Assembly (NCBI GenBank): GCA_040387635.1
Contig: JAZKDJ010000001.1
Span: forward strand, 451,193 to 515,192
Length of the DNA stretch: 64,000 bases
Direction: 5' to 3'
Origin: Patescibacteria group bacterium
GTDB lineage: Bacteria; Patescibacteriota; Minisyncoccia; Phycocordibacterales; PALSA-1337
The position numbers were made by a program, and so were the translations under genes. Position 1 is the stretch's first letter, and the number at the start of each line of letters is the position of its first letter. The notes below the pieces were generated by a model. That model was given only the letters and a program-made list of their open reading frames with translations. It ran no database searches and had not been told where the DNA came from. Shown one piece after another: positions 45,385 through 54,550 of the stretch.

Positions 45385-46086
45385 TTAATTTTCCTGGGCA
45401 TCGCCCCTGTAGTCCGGCCAGCTTTGGATGTCTCGACCGGTGATATCGCTGAGTGGTTTGTCGCGGGGCCAAACAATTTCACCGGTGACAATACGGTTAG
45501 TGATGGTTGCTTGCCATTCGTGTTCAACTTTGTTCACACGATCGCGGAGGTCTTCGGCTTCGTCGCCGTCGAGAATGGGAACGATCCGATTGAAGATCAC
45601 TGCATCTGGGTCGTCGTAAACGTCCGTTACGAAATGCATACTTACGCCGGAGTGTTTCACTTCGCCGTTGCGGAAAGCTTCGATGGCAGCACGATGGACA
45701 TTCATGCCGTGAAAGTGGTGGCCACCAAAACGACGCAGATTGATCGCGGGGTGAATGTTGAATGTGGTGTGGGGATCATAGCCGTCTGTGATCATGTATC
45801 CCAGCCATCCCGATAGGGCGGTAAAGTCAGGCTGAGTCTCGTCCATGATCCGACGATAGTCGTCAACAGTCCGTCCCTTGGGGGAATGGATGAATCGCGT
45901 AAGTTTGTGCATCTTGGTGTAGACACCGCCTTGCGCGTGATTCGATACAACAGCGACAATGTCAGCATTGAGCGAGCCATCTTGGGTGGCATTCCAGAGT
46001 TTTAAGACCCCGGAACCTCCCTGGTTTGGATCAGCTTCACCTGAAGCGTATACCAGCAATTTTTTTCGTTGCATATGTTTTGACAA
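45385..46086 (-). CDS. formyltransferase, PurN-like
   Basis: FNIHPA ... HSGVSMHFVTDVYDDPDAVIF ... DGDEAEDLRDRVNKVEHE parallels PurN NIHPSLLP ... HGTSVHFVTDELDGGPVILQ. G+C-rich. Confidence 0.65.
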   Translation of the reverse strand: MSKHMQRKKLLVYASGEADPNQGGSGVLKLWNATQDGSLNADIVAVVSNHAQGGVYTKMHKLTRFIHSPKGRTVDDYRRIMDETQPDFTALSGWLGYMITDGYDPHTTFNIHPAINLRRFGGHHFHGMNVHRAAIEAFRNGEVKHSGVSMHFVTDVYDDPDAVIFNRIVPILDGDEAEDLRDRVNKVEHEWQATITNRIVTGEIVWPRDKPLSDITGRDIQSWPDYRGDAQEN

Positions 46087-46162
46087 CCTTTTCTATAATC
46101 TGCTCTTAGACTCTCAAATAGTGGCGCAAAGTCAAGCGGCTTCATGATCGTCTTCATCTTGG

Positions 46163-47437
46163 GTGAAAAAACAGGGTTCCATTCTGGAGCAGGGGTTGTA
46201 TAATGAACGCTATATGCAATATCAATCAAAAACTTTAACAGCAAAGATGGATATGATTTCTAGGGCAGAGCTCTACGTGATCGCCCTTCTTGCAGTGGCA
46301 TTTATCAGCGCTTGGACATTATTAGCAACACCGAAGACAGTAGGAGCGGCAGAGATCTGCTCATTCAGCGAAGACTTGTATGTTGGAAGCATTAGCGAAG
46401 AGGTGCGATGCTTGCAGAGATACCTCAACTCAAACGGCTTCGTTGTTGCATCTGAAGGCGTAGGATCTCCAGGAAAGGAGACAACGATGTTCAGGGACAA
46501 AACCAAAGATGCAGTAACACAGTGGCAGATTTCTAATGGCCTTTCTCCAGCTACGGGAACATTCGGAGCAAAGTCACGAGCGAAATATCTTGAGCTCATT
46601 ACAAAGACACCTGCTTCAACTCCTGTCACCACTCCTTCTACGACGACAGTGATCCCAGCTCCTGTGGTGGTTGTTCCAACAGTAAGCACTGGTGAGCAGA
46701 ACGCACGAAAGGCAATTGAGGATGCACGAAATGAATTTGATAGCGCAGACGAAGCAATTGAAAAAGCAGATGACGATGAGAAGAATACAGAATCTGCTGT
46801 GAAGCTTTTGAAGAAGGGTGAAGTAAAACTTCTTGAGGCATTCTATGCATATTTCGATAGAGACTATGATGAAGCTATAGAGTTTGCGAAGGCAGCGCAG
46901 GAATACGGACAAGACGCTCGAAGTGATATTAAGAAGAGCGGTAAGAAGGATGGACTCACATATGCAGTCGCGACAGTATTCGCAAACGAGACAGTAGTAA
47001 AGGTTCGATTTGATGGTAAGGAGTATATTTTCTCAACTGATGAGACTGACGAAGACGAACTTATTGATGAGATTATCGATGAGGTAGATGATAATGATCT
47101 CTCAACAAAGGATGTTGCTAAGGAACTTGATGTAAACAACGAAGACGATCGAGACAGCACAGCTGATGACAAAGAATTTAATGACGATGATCTCAAGGAT
47201 GCAGCTGAGGATGCAATCAAGGATGCCGAGGATGCAGTAGAGGAGGCCGAAGAAGAAATTGAGCAAGCAGAAGATGAGGATCGAGATACGAACGATGCTG
47301 AAGATTACCTCAATGAAGCTGAAGATGCATTGAATGATGCAGAAGATGCTTATGATGATGAGGATTATGACGAAGCATTGGATCTCGCAGACGAAGCAAT
47401 CAGCAAGGCAGAGGACGCAGTGGATGAGATTGAGTAA
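46163..47437 (+). CDS. membrane-anchored peptidoglycan-binding-domain protein with long acidic low-complexity tail
   Basis: TM helix, then PG_binding_1-like CLQRYLNSNGF ... AVTQWQISNGLSPATGTFG. The C-terminal roughly 150 aa are dominated by D/E. The start is uncertain (GTG 46163, or ATG 46214 or 46247). Confidence 0.6.
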   Translation: MKKQGSILEQGLYNERYMQYQSKTLTAKMDMISRAELYVIALLAVAFISAWTLLATPKTVGAAEICSFSEDLYVGSISEEVRCLQRYLNSNGFVVASEGVGSPGKETTMFRDKTKDAVTQWQISNGLSPATGTFGAKSRAKYLELITKTPASTPVTTPSTTTVIPAPVVVVPTVSTGEQNARKAIEDARNEFDSADEAIEKADDDEKNTESAVKLLKKGEVKLLEAFYAYFDRDYDEAIEFAKAAQEYGQDARSDIKKSGKKDGLTYAVATVFANETVVKVRFDGKEYIFSTDETDEDELIDEIIDEVDDNDLSTKDVAKELDVNNEDDRDSTADDKEFNDDDLKDAAEDAIKDAEDAVEEAEEEIEQAEDEDRDTNDAEDYLNEAEDALNDAEDAYDDEDYDEALDLADEAISKAEDAVDEIE

Positions 47438-47454
47438 AAGATAGCAGAGGTTAC

Positions 47455-47482
47455 AAAAGCCGGCCACTTGTGGCCGGCTTTT
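47455..47482 (+). terminator. intrinsic terminator
   Basis: AAAAGCCGGCCAC-TT-GTGGCCGGCTTTT. Confidence 0.8.
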
Positions 47483-47535
47483 GTTTTCTCATATAAAATT
47501 CATTCGCTTTGCATATAGTTTAAAAAGATACACAG

Positions 47536-48240
47536 GTGCAGGAAATGAGCATGAAAAATATTCTTCCGCCCATTGATCCGGTGATCGTGCGGCCGAAGAG
47601 GGCGCCGTTTGATAGTCTGGATTATCAGTTCGACCTCAAATATGACGGCTTCAGGGCGATAGCCTCCAAAGACTATGACGGCAAGTGTCGCTTCATGTCG
47701 AAACAGAAGAGGAGTTTGATGGATTTCCCACTTCTTCAGAGGCAGCTTGAAGCCATTCTTCCTCCTGAACCGATCATTCTCGATGGCGAGATTTGTTCTT
47801 TTAACGAAAAGGGCCAGCCGGTGCTTGCTGACCTCATCAGGAAATCCAATGCCACTGGAAACATCTGCTACGTCGCATTTGATATCCTTTGGTTAGGTAC
47901 GCATGACTTGCGCAAGAAGCCTCTTGAAAAAAGGAGGGGGATCCTAGAGAGTATCGTGGATCTGTCGCTTCGCAAGCTCAGGGATACACCTATAGAAGGA
48001 GTGAATGAAAACAAGCTCCGTCTCTGTGTCAGTACTCGTGGTACAAGCAAGATTTTCTTTGCCCGATTATGCGAGCTGGATTTTGAAGGCTTGGTGGCCA
48101 AGCGCTTGAGCAGCACGTATAGTCGTGGCGCTCCCTGGTTCAAGATCAAGAACCCGGCATATTCGCAAGAAGGGGACCGCAAACGGATATTCAGCGCCCG
48201 AAATAAAAAGCGCACAAAGGTGTGCGATAACGGGCGATGA
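47536..48240 (+). CDS. ATP-dependent DNA ligase, nucleotidyltransferase domain only
   Basis: Motif I LKYDGFR, III LDGEI, IIIa YVAFDILW, IV EGLVAK, V WFKIKN. Ends about 25 aa after motif V in a basic tail. Confidence 0.7.
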   Translation: MQEMSMKNILPPIDPVIVRPKRAPFDSLDYQFDLKYDGFRAIASKDYDGKCRFMSKQKRSLMDFPLLQRQLEAILPPEPIILDGEICSFNEKGQPVLADLIRKSNATGNICYVAFDILWLGTHDLRKKPLEKRRGILESIVDLSLRKLRDTPIEGVNENKLRLCVSTRGTSKIFFARLCELDFEGLVAKRLSSTYSRGAPWFKIKNPAYSQEGDRKRIFSARNKKRTKVCDNGR

Positions 48241-48325
48241 AGACCGTTGATCGTTACACGCATTTCTCCTTTGCGTGGGCCGCAGCAGGTGTTTGGCATC
48301 AGACATGGCTGCGGTTTTTCTATTA

Positions 48326-48931
48326 CTACAGAATAGGTTCGTTCAGAGTCTCGACAACGTAGCCGTTGTTTTCTCGTCGGACCTTAGTAACGTTTCCATT
48401 AGTAAAGCTGTATCGGATACCTTCTTCTATACCGTTCGTAGTAATGATAGGCATGAGCGCACGAAGTATTCCTCCATGAGTAATTATTCCGATTTTGTCA
48501 GCGTCGCTTGCTGTCATCATGACGAGCGCTTTTCTGATGCGTTGCTCCATCTCTTCCCATGTTTCACCGTTGGGAGGACGGAGTGCATAACGTTCCATAA
48601 CAGAAAGTTTTGAAAGAATCTCGTCCGCGAAGCTCCACGGTTTACCTGTCCAGTCACCCCAGTTGCGAGACTCTAATTCTTTGACGATGGTTGTGATGCA
48701 TGGATGTTTGCTTGTGCAGATATTCATTGTTTGTGCAGCTCGATGCTCAGGAGATGAGAAAATAGTAGAAATGTTTTCCCGGCGGCAATACTCGGCGATT
48801 TTCTCGGATTGTGTAATACCTAGAGCATTAAGAGGCTGAGTATCTCCAGGTCCACTCATGATGGATTTGACGTCACTTTCCGTCTCGCCATGTCTAAAGA
48901 AGTATAGAAGCATACCTAGATTATATACCAA
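48326..48931 (-). CDS. histidine phosphatase (phosphoglycerate-mutase-like) family protein
   Basis: LYFFRHGETE (RHG motif) and ITHGG. Confidence 0.8.
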   Translation of the reverse strand: MVYNLGMLLYFFRHGETESDVKSIMSGPGDTQPLNALGITQSEKIAEYCRRENISTIFSSPEHRAAQTMNICTSKHPCITTIVKELESRNWGDWTGKPWSFADEILSKLSVMERYALRPPNGETWEEMEQRIRKALVMMTASDADKIGIITHGGILRALMPIITTNGIEEGIRYSFTNGNVTKVRRENNGYVVETLNEPIL

Positions 48932-48964
48932 AAAAAGGCAGACTTTTGGTATACTTAATGCATC

Positions 48965-49447
48965 ATGAATTCAAAATTTTCTCTCCCAGTTCTTATTATT
49001 GTGTTCGCTGCTTTAGGATTCTTTTATTATACGAGTACCCTTAAAGCTCCCGCTGACAATGTTTCGAAGATTGATACAGCACACTTCGAATGGCAGGGCA
49101 TTGAGTTTGATTATCCTGAGGATTGGCACGCAGACGTGTGGCGCTATTCCAGCCCGGCCATGCATGAGCAGGGCCAGAGTGAGGAGGTTGGTTTTTTCCT
49201 CAACAAGAATCTTCCTTCTGACCGGGGAGGAGCAACTATCAACATCACAGCAGGAGGACCTCAGTCAGGAGGTATGACATGTAAGTCACTCAAGGTTCGG
49301 ATTGTCGATATTATCCACTGTGCTGACATCAAAGTTCCGAACCGCGGTGAGACAATAGCTATGTACACAGTCAGTACTGACAGAGAGGCAAAGACTGCAT
49401 TCGAAATTATTATCAATTCCCTCAACACTGACTTCGACGTGTTTTAG
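48965..49447 (+). CDS. secreted/anchored hypothetical protein
   Basis: N-terminal hydrophobic segment FSLPVLIIVFAALGFFYY. Confidence 0.45.
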   Translation: MNSKFSLPVLIIVFAALGFFYYTSTLKAPADNVSKIDTAHFEWQGIEFDYPEDWHADVWRYSSPAMHEQGQSEEVGFFLNKNLPSDRGGATINITAGGPQSGGMTCKSLKVRIVDIIHCADIKVPNRGETIAMYTVSTDREAKTAFEIIINSLNTDFDVF

Positions 49448-49477
49448 AAAATGTAGCCGACCTGATATACTACTTTT

Positions 49478-49756
49478 ATGAACGAGCGATTTGGATTTAA
49501 TCCAGAACAATTTGAAGCAGAAACTAACCAGTATGGACAGACTGTGGAGACGGTTGATATTGCTGAGGCTCCAAAAGAAGAAGTGCTCGCTATTCTCAAT
49601 GCACTTCGCAATGATGTTTACCTACTAGGCGCAAATGACAAAGAAATTCCTGATATCGACATGGTTATTGCTAACTATCGCAAAGACAAGATATCAGCCG
49701 AAGATGCTATTCGAGCTGTTCAGGAAGTGCAATCTAGGAAAATGGAATACAGATAG
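49478..49756 (+). CDS. hypothetical protein
   Basis: 92-aa ORF with no motif. Confidence 0.35.
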   Translation: MNERFGFNPEQFEAETNQYGQTVETVDIAEAPKEEVLAILNALRNDVYLLGANDKEIPDIDMVIANYRKDKISAEDAIRAVQEVQSRKMEYR

Positions 49757-49777
49757 ATAAGCTTGTGAAATAAACCC

Positions 49778-50362
49778 ATGACAGAATCCAAGCAAACTAA
49801 ACAAAATCCTAAAACGGAATCAAAAGCAGAATACAACGATCGAGCTTACTCTATAGAGAGCTACGATCCTATCTGGGCAGATCAATTCGAAGCTGAAGCA
49901 GCTTTGATACGTACAGTCTTGGGTGACAAGATAGTTGATATCCAACATGTTGGGAGTACTGCTGTGGAAGGACTAACAGGCAAGCCTACTATTGATCTCT
50001 TGGTGACCGTTAAAACAATTGAAGGTATAGATGATCTCAATGCTGAGTTTGAGAAAATTGGATACGACTCCAAGGGAGACTTTTTGAAAATGGGCTCACG
50101 GCTCTATAACCAGGATCAGACCAAGGACGATAAGGTTATTCGATTAGCGAATCTGCATATTTTTCCTGCAGACCATCATCATGCTCATGAGATGATTCAT
50201 ATCCGCGATTACTTGCGCGAGCACCCTGAAGAAGTTGAAGCGTACAATCTTCTCAAATCAGATCTCTATCAGAAGTACCCTGAAGACTATGCGGCATATC
50301 GTAGGTACAAGAACAAATTTATGGCAGCGTTGGTCAAGAGAATGGGAGGGGAGTGCTGCTAA
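49778..50362 (+). CDS. GrpB-family protein
   Basis: HVGSTAVEGLTGKPTIDLLV and RDYLREHPE ... Y..LK. Confidence 0.75.
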   Translation: MTESKQTKQNPKTESKAEYNDRAYSIESYDPIWADQFEAEAALIRTVLGDKIVDIQHVGSTAVEGLTGKPTIDLLVTVKTIEGIDDLNAEFEKIGYDSKGDFLKMGSRLYNQDQTKDDKVIRLANLHIFPADHHHAHEMIHIRDYLREHPEEVEAYNLLKSDLYQKYPEDYAAYRRYKNKFMAALVKRMGGECC

Positions 50363-50435
50363 GGTTTGTTGAATACAAAGAAAATAAAACAGGCAAAAAA
50401 GTGTTGTTGACAGACAGCACTTTTTCTTTTAATGT

Positions 50436-50723
50436 TTGGATAGCAATACCACCACGAGGCCCTTTATGAAGCAAAGAAAAATACAAGCACTCTTGCACTC
50501 ACCCGCGAATGAGCGCGCCATGCTGAAGAAGCAGCGTCGAACTCGCAGGGTCGTGATCCAGTGCGTACTGGGCACTTTCATTTTGTTCGTTGTCGCATAT
50601 GTTATGAACATCACGTATGAGAATTCTCAACGCAGTAAGAAACGCTCGCGGTCCACGGCGGCAGCGAGTGGTGCGTTTGTCAGTCACTCCATTGCCACAA
50701 CGAATGTTGTTGGTGTGCGGTAA
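50436..50723 (+). CDS. small basic single-TM protein
   Basis: TM helix VVIQCVLGTFILFVVAYVM flanked by Arg/Lys. An internal ATG at 50466 is an alternative start. Confidence 0.35.
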   Translation: MDSNTTTRPFMKQRKIQALLHSPANERAMLKKQRRTRRVVIQCVLGTFILFVVAYVMNITYENSQRSKKRSRSTAAASGAFVSHSIATTNVVGVR

Positions 50724-50815
50724 CGCATGTTGTATTTAAAGAAAACAAGAAGAGCGGCACGGATTTAACCGGGTCGCTCTTTTCTTTTATACTCAGCTTA
50801 TCCACACCTAATTCG

Positions 50816-50844
50816 TTGACGGTGAACGACTGTTCACCTATACT
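50816..50844 (+). promoter_or_regulatory. promoter with embedded LexA (Cheo-type) box
   Basis: TTGACG (50816-50821), 17-nt spacer, TATACT (50839-50844). The spacer is the palindrome GTGAAC-GACT-GTTCAC (50822-50837), i.e. GAAC-N4-GTTC. Confidence 0.65.
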
Positions 50845-50912
50845 ATAAATATCAAACGAGGAGAGGGGAGGTTCGAGAGAAAGCCATACCAGCCAACATT
50901 TTTTATAAACAT

Positions 50913-51128
50913 ATGAGCAAACACACATTGATCAAAGAATTGCGAAAGGAGCTCAATAAGCTCAATGCCGAGATCGACATGAGGATCATTCGCGGCAAGT
51001 CCTACAAGAGGGAGTCGCAGAGACATAAGTTCATTGTTTCTCAGCTGAAGGCTCTTCAGCGACAGCCGGAAGTTTCTATGGGTTGGCTCAGTAGGATGGG
51101 TCAGATGGTGTCGATGTTTATGTTCTAG
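50913..51128 (+). CDS. small protein co-transcribed with lexA (basic coiled-coil N-terminus, hydrophobic C-terminus)
   Basis: 71-aa ORF, 68 nt upstream of lexA. It is the only gene directly behind the LexA-box promoter. Confidence 0.5.
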   Translation: MSKHTLIKELRKELNKLNAEIDMRIIRGKSYKRESQRHKFIVSQLKALQRQPEVSMGWLSRMGQMVSMFMF

Positions 51129-51196
51129 GTGTTGAGGCTCGTGAAGTTTTATGAGGACTATCCGAGACTATATTAATCAATCAAACTACAAAATTT

Positions 51197-51766
51197 ATGA
51201 GCGATGCTTATCGAAATAAAATAGTTTCTTTCTACAAAAACCGGCGGCGCATGCCATCGTACCAAGAGATCATGGACATGCTTGGTTTCAAGTCCAAGAA
51301 CGCGGTGTACAAGCTTGTGAACAAGCTGGTTGCGGAAGGCATCCTCTCCAAGGATAGCCAGGGACGACTTACTCCAAATAGACTAATGGGGGAGGTTCCT
51401 ATGCTCGGTCTCGTAGAAGCGGGTATTCCTACATCCGCTGAGGAGGTTGATATGGATATGATGAGTATTGATGAGTATTTGATACATGATGCAGGTAAGA
51501 CATTTGTGCTTCGAGTGAAGGGTGATTCGATGATTGAGGAAGGTATCAAAGAGGGAGATCTCGTAGTAGCTGAGCGACGCGACGAAGCAAAGGACGGCGA
51601 TATTGTTATTGCGAACGTTGATGGTGGCTGGACGATGAAGTACCTTCGCAAGAAACCTGGCAAAGCTCCTTGGCTCGAACCTGCCAACAAGAACTACGAA
51701 CCTATTTACCCAGAGAATGATATGCAGATTGCTGCGGTGGTGAAGGGAGTGATTAGGAAGTATTAA
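51197..51766 (+). CDS. lexA: LexA repressor
   Basis: Winged-helix N-terminus, cleavage site VEAG, VKGDSM (Ser) and TMKYL (Lys). Confidence 0.9.
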   Translation: MSDAYRNKIVSFYKNRRRMPSYQEIMDMLGFKSKNAVYKLVNKLVAEGILSKDSQGRLTPNRLMGEVPMLGLVEAGIPTSAEEVDMDMMSIDEYLIHDAGKTFVLRVKGDSMIEEGIKEGDLVVAERRDEAKDGDIVIANVDGGWTMKYLRKKPGKAPWLEPANKNYEPIYPENDMQIAAVVKGVIRKY

Positions 51767-51770
51767 AAAC

Positions 51771-51796
51771 AAAAAACCACTCGAGGAGTGGTTTTT
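51771..51796. terminator. bidirectional intrinsic terminator
   Basis: AAAAACCACTC-GAG-GAGTGGTTTTTT. Confidence 0.8.
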
Positions 51797-51824
51797 TGTT
51801 TTGCTTTTTACTGTGAGAGGCTAG

Positions 51825-52517
51825 TTATTTGTTCATCCATCCAAATAGGCTGAATGTATCTTCGTGTGCTTCTACGTATGCATTCAATTCTGCTTGTTCG
51901 TCTTCAAGTGCTTCAATCTGAACATTTAATTCTGCTTTGCTTGAAGCGTTTGTAGCTTGACTGACGAGAGTCTTAAGTTTTGCAATGTTATTTGCTGTTG
52001 TCACCATCCCGCTTCGGATAACACCGAGATTCTTATAGTCGCTACCGAAAAAGAATGTTCTAAGAGATCCTCGTTTCTCAACTTCTGCTATTGCTGCGAT
52101 TGTTGTAGTAGATGAATCGTTCTGTGATTGTGCTACTGCTCGAACCTGCGTTCCGATGCCTCCTTCTCGGTTAGCTACACTAAGTAGAGAATGTACGAAC
52201 ATTGCAACAACACTTCGGTGTGTTTCTGACATCTGAGCACCTTTGTTATTGTCATGATCTGAATCATTGTTTCTAGATGCAGCACTTGTTGCGTTTCCTC
52301 GAGAAGTCGTACCGTTATTAATGACGTTTACAATGCTGCTCGTTGCCTTACCTTTGACTGTAGCTGATGTTGAAGCCTTTATGCTAAAAGTTGAATTGGT
52401 TTTTGCATTAAGTTGAACATTTGCAGCTGTATTTGTTTCGACTGCTAATTGTGCCTGCGCTACTCCAATCGATGAAAGGGAGATAATAGCTGCGATAATT
52501 GCGAATGTAAATTTCAT
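51825..52517 (-). CDS. secreted hypothetical protein (Ser/Thr/Ala/Asn-rich, C-terminal coiled-coil)
   Basis: Signal peptide MKFTFAIIAAIISLSSIGVAQA. Confidence 0.5.
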   Translation of the reverse strand: MKFTFAIIAAIISLSSIGVAQAQLAVETNTAANVQLNAKTNSTFSIKASTSATVKGKATSSIVNVINNGTTSRGNATSAASRNNDSDHDNNKGAQMSETHRSVVAMFVHSLLSVANREGGIGTQVRAVAQSQNDSSTTTIAAIAEVEKRGSLRTFFFGSDYKNLGVIRSGMVTTANNIAKLKTLVSQATNASSKAELNVQIEALEDEQAELNAYVEAHEDTFSLFGWMNK

Positions 52518-52610
52518 ATATTTTATTATTAAGGTTGGCCACTCTGATCGAGTAGTGTCTTGTGATTCATTATACAGGAGATTGGGGAGGGAGGTGATTT
52601 GGAAGAAAGC

Positions 52611-53039
52611 TTAGCTTTTTTCTCCCAAGGGTGTATTTCTTGAAAGGAAGCATGTCATTACAAGTGTACTTGCTGGTAGGAGCACTATTATTAGCATTGA
52701 AATAAAAATAAGTGCTTTCAATACACTGAGTTCCCAGGAGGGAAAAAGATAATTTTGAGTTGATAGGGCAATAATAGATAGTGGGATAGCATAAGAGCCA
52801 ATCCCCACAAATAAAGACGTACTAATCCATTTAAGATTCCTAGAGGAAAATTTATTGGATCTAATTTCAAAAACAATATAGTTAGCAATGTAGCCTGCAA
52901 TAATAATAGCTCCTACCAATTTACTTTCTGGAATCAACGCAAGAAAAAATATAGATATTGTAATAATAAAACGAAGATTATTTTCGATCTTCCCTATGAG
53001 CTTATTTTCAGATGCTTCTTTCATTATATGAGTATACAC
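52611..53039 (-). CDS. hypothetical membrane protein
   Basis: 142 aa with four hydrophobic helices. Very A+T-rich. Confidence 0.45.
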   Translation of the reverse strand: MYTHIMKEASENKLIGKIENNLRFIITISIFFLALIPESKLVGAIIIAGYIANYIVFEIRSNKFSSRNLKWISTSLFVGIGSYAIPLSIIALSTQNYLFPSWELSVLKALIFISMLIIVLLPASTLVMTCFLSRNTPLGEKS

Positions 53040-53130
53040 GTTGTTATATAAAATCTGGAATTGTTTTTAGATGGACTTTTGACTTCCTGCTCGAATCTGA
53101 GTAGTATCAACTTAGACCTACTTAGACACC

Positions 53131-53523
53131 ATGCCGATTGCTAAATTGACCGTATCGAACCGATTTTTCTTGGCGCAATACGTCAAACCTCTTATTGAGG
53201 CGCTGCCCGGCCTCATTGTTCGCCACTTGGGTTTGCCTGGAACCAAGGCTGAACTTGTGGTGGGTGATGTTGAATGTGAGATTATTCGTGCGCAGTCTTT
53301 GGGCTATTGGGGTGTTACTACCTCAGTGCAGGAAGTCGATTTCAAGATCGTGATTGAAGCTAACGATTATCGCGAGCGCCGCGACATCTTGGAAGTCGGA
53401 ACGAAGAGGATTGAAGAAGCTCTTCGCCAATTCATTCCGGCGGATGCAACGGCTTATATCTGGGTGCGGCTTATGGAAGGTTTCTATATGCCCATCCAGT
53501 GTGGCCAACGCCCCTTGCTGTAA
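53131..53523 (+). CDS. hypothetical protein (starts Met-Pro-Ile, possibly tautomerase-like)
   Basis: 130-aa, G+C-richer ORF. The N-terminal MPIAKLTV resembles Pro-1 tautomerases. Weak. Confidence 0.35.
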   Translation: MPIAKLTVSNRFFLAQYVKPLIEALPGLIVRHLGLPGTKAELVVGDVECEIIRAQSLGYWGVTTSVQEVDFKIVIEANDYRERRDILEVGTKRIEEALRQFIPADATAYIWVRLMEGFYMPIQCGQRPLL

Positions 53524-53687
53524 AACAGAACGTTCTGAACGACATTTGAATAACACCCCCGCTTGCGCTCGACGCTGGCGGGGATGTTTTCTTTTTGTGT
53601 AGTTAGTTAATACATTTCTCATACACTTGAGTTCAAATTAAATTGACGCGATTAACAATTTAAATTAATAATCTAAATTTCAACTAT

Positions 53688-53903
53688 ATGCCAAAATACG
53701 GCAAAAAATCTCAGCAGAAAGTGAAGAAGGTAATGCATGAGTATAAGAGGGGTAAGCTTAAGGCGGGTAGAAGTGGCAAAAAGGTCACAAGCAGAAAACA
53801 AGCTATCGCAATTGGTTTGTCGCAGGCGCGCAAAAGTGGTGCAAAGGTGCCGAGGACAAAGTCTCGTGCGAAGCGTGGGGTAAAGCGCACAACAAAACGA
53901 TAG
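53688..53903 (+). CDS. small highly basic protein
   Basis: 71 aa; KKVMHEYKRGKLK ... SRKQAIAIGLSQARKSG. Confidence 0.5.
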   Translation: MPKYGKKSQQKVKKVMHEYKRGKLKAGRSGKKVTSRKQAIAIGLSQARKSGAKVPRTKSRAKRGVKRTTKR

Positions 53904-53957
53904 ATATTTTATAGTAATGAATTCTGTGGGGGTTTCTATGTATGTTATGCTGGTTCA

Positions 53958-54515
53958 ATGAATACACAGCCTGACATTTCTATTACGACATCGACACCAC
54001 CACCGACACTTCAGTCCGCGCCTTCTAAAATCTCCCTTATTGGTATGCCGTCATCGGGTAAATCAAATGTTGGAATGATGCTTGCGGGCAAGTTGGGTCG
54101 CAAGTTCATGGATCTTGATAGGATGGTGGAACATAGGGAGGGTCAGTCACTCATTTCCATACTTGAAACCAAGGGTGGAGAGTATTTTCTTAATATCGAA
54201 AACGAATTTTTACATAACATTCAGCCTGACGAAAAGGTTGTGATCTCAACTGCTGGCAGTATCATTTATCACGCAGAGGCAATTGAGTGGCTCAAGAGCA
54301 ATACAATTGTCGTTCTTTTGGATACGCCATTTGAAACTATTGAAGCGCGTTTGGCCAAGAAGCCGAAAGCTGTCGTGGGATTGAAGGAGAAGGGTCTGGT
54401 AAAACTTTGGGAAGAGCGCATGCCTGTATATAGAAACCTGGCTAATATCACTGTACAGACTAGCGGCAAGAGCATGGAGTATATCGTTGCAGAAATACTT
54501 GCGAGCCTCGGCTAA
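53958..54515 (+). CDS. aroK: shikimate kinase
   Basis: P-loop GMPSSGKSNVG, followed by FMDLD and EGQSL. Confidence 0.75.
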   Translation: MNTQPDISITTSTPPPTLQSAPSKISLIGMPSSGKSNVGMMLAGKLGRKFMDLDRMVEHREGQSLISILETKGGEYFLNIENEFLHNIQPDEKVVISTAGSIIYHAEAIEWLKSNTIVVLLDTPFETIEARLAKKPKAVVGLKEKGLVKLWEERMPVYRNLANITVQTSGKSMEYIVAEILASLG

Positions 54516-54550
54516 TTTTTTTAAAGTGCTATAATTATTGTATTAACCAT

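Noticed and set aside
45295-45816. 173-aa plus-strand ORF
   Set aside because: It spans the bidirectional terminator at 45330-45360 and runs antisense to the PurN-like gene, which has clear family motifs. It is a shadow ORF caused by G+C richness.
46273-47467. Several minus-strand ORFs and a repeat-like periodicity that could be mistaken for a CRISPR or tandem-repeat array
   Set aside because: The periodicity comes from GAT/GAA/GCA codon repeats encoding the acidic tail of 46163-47437. There are no identical direct repeats with unique spacers.
51232-51772. Two minus-strand ORFs of 152 aa and 129 aa
   Set aside because: Both are antisense to lexA, which is unambiguous.
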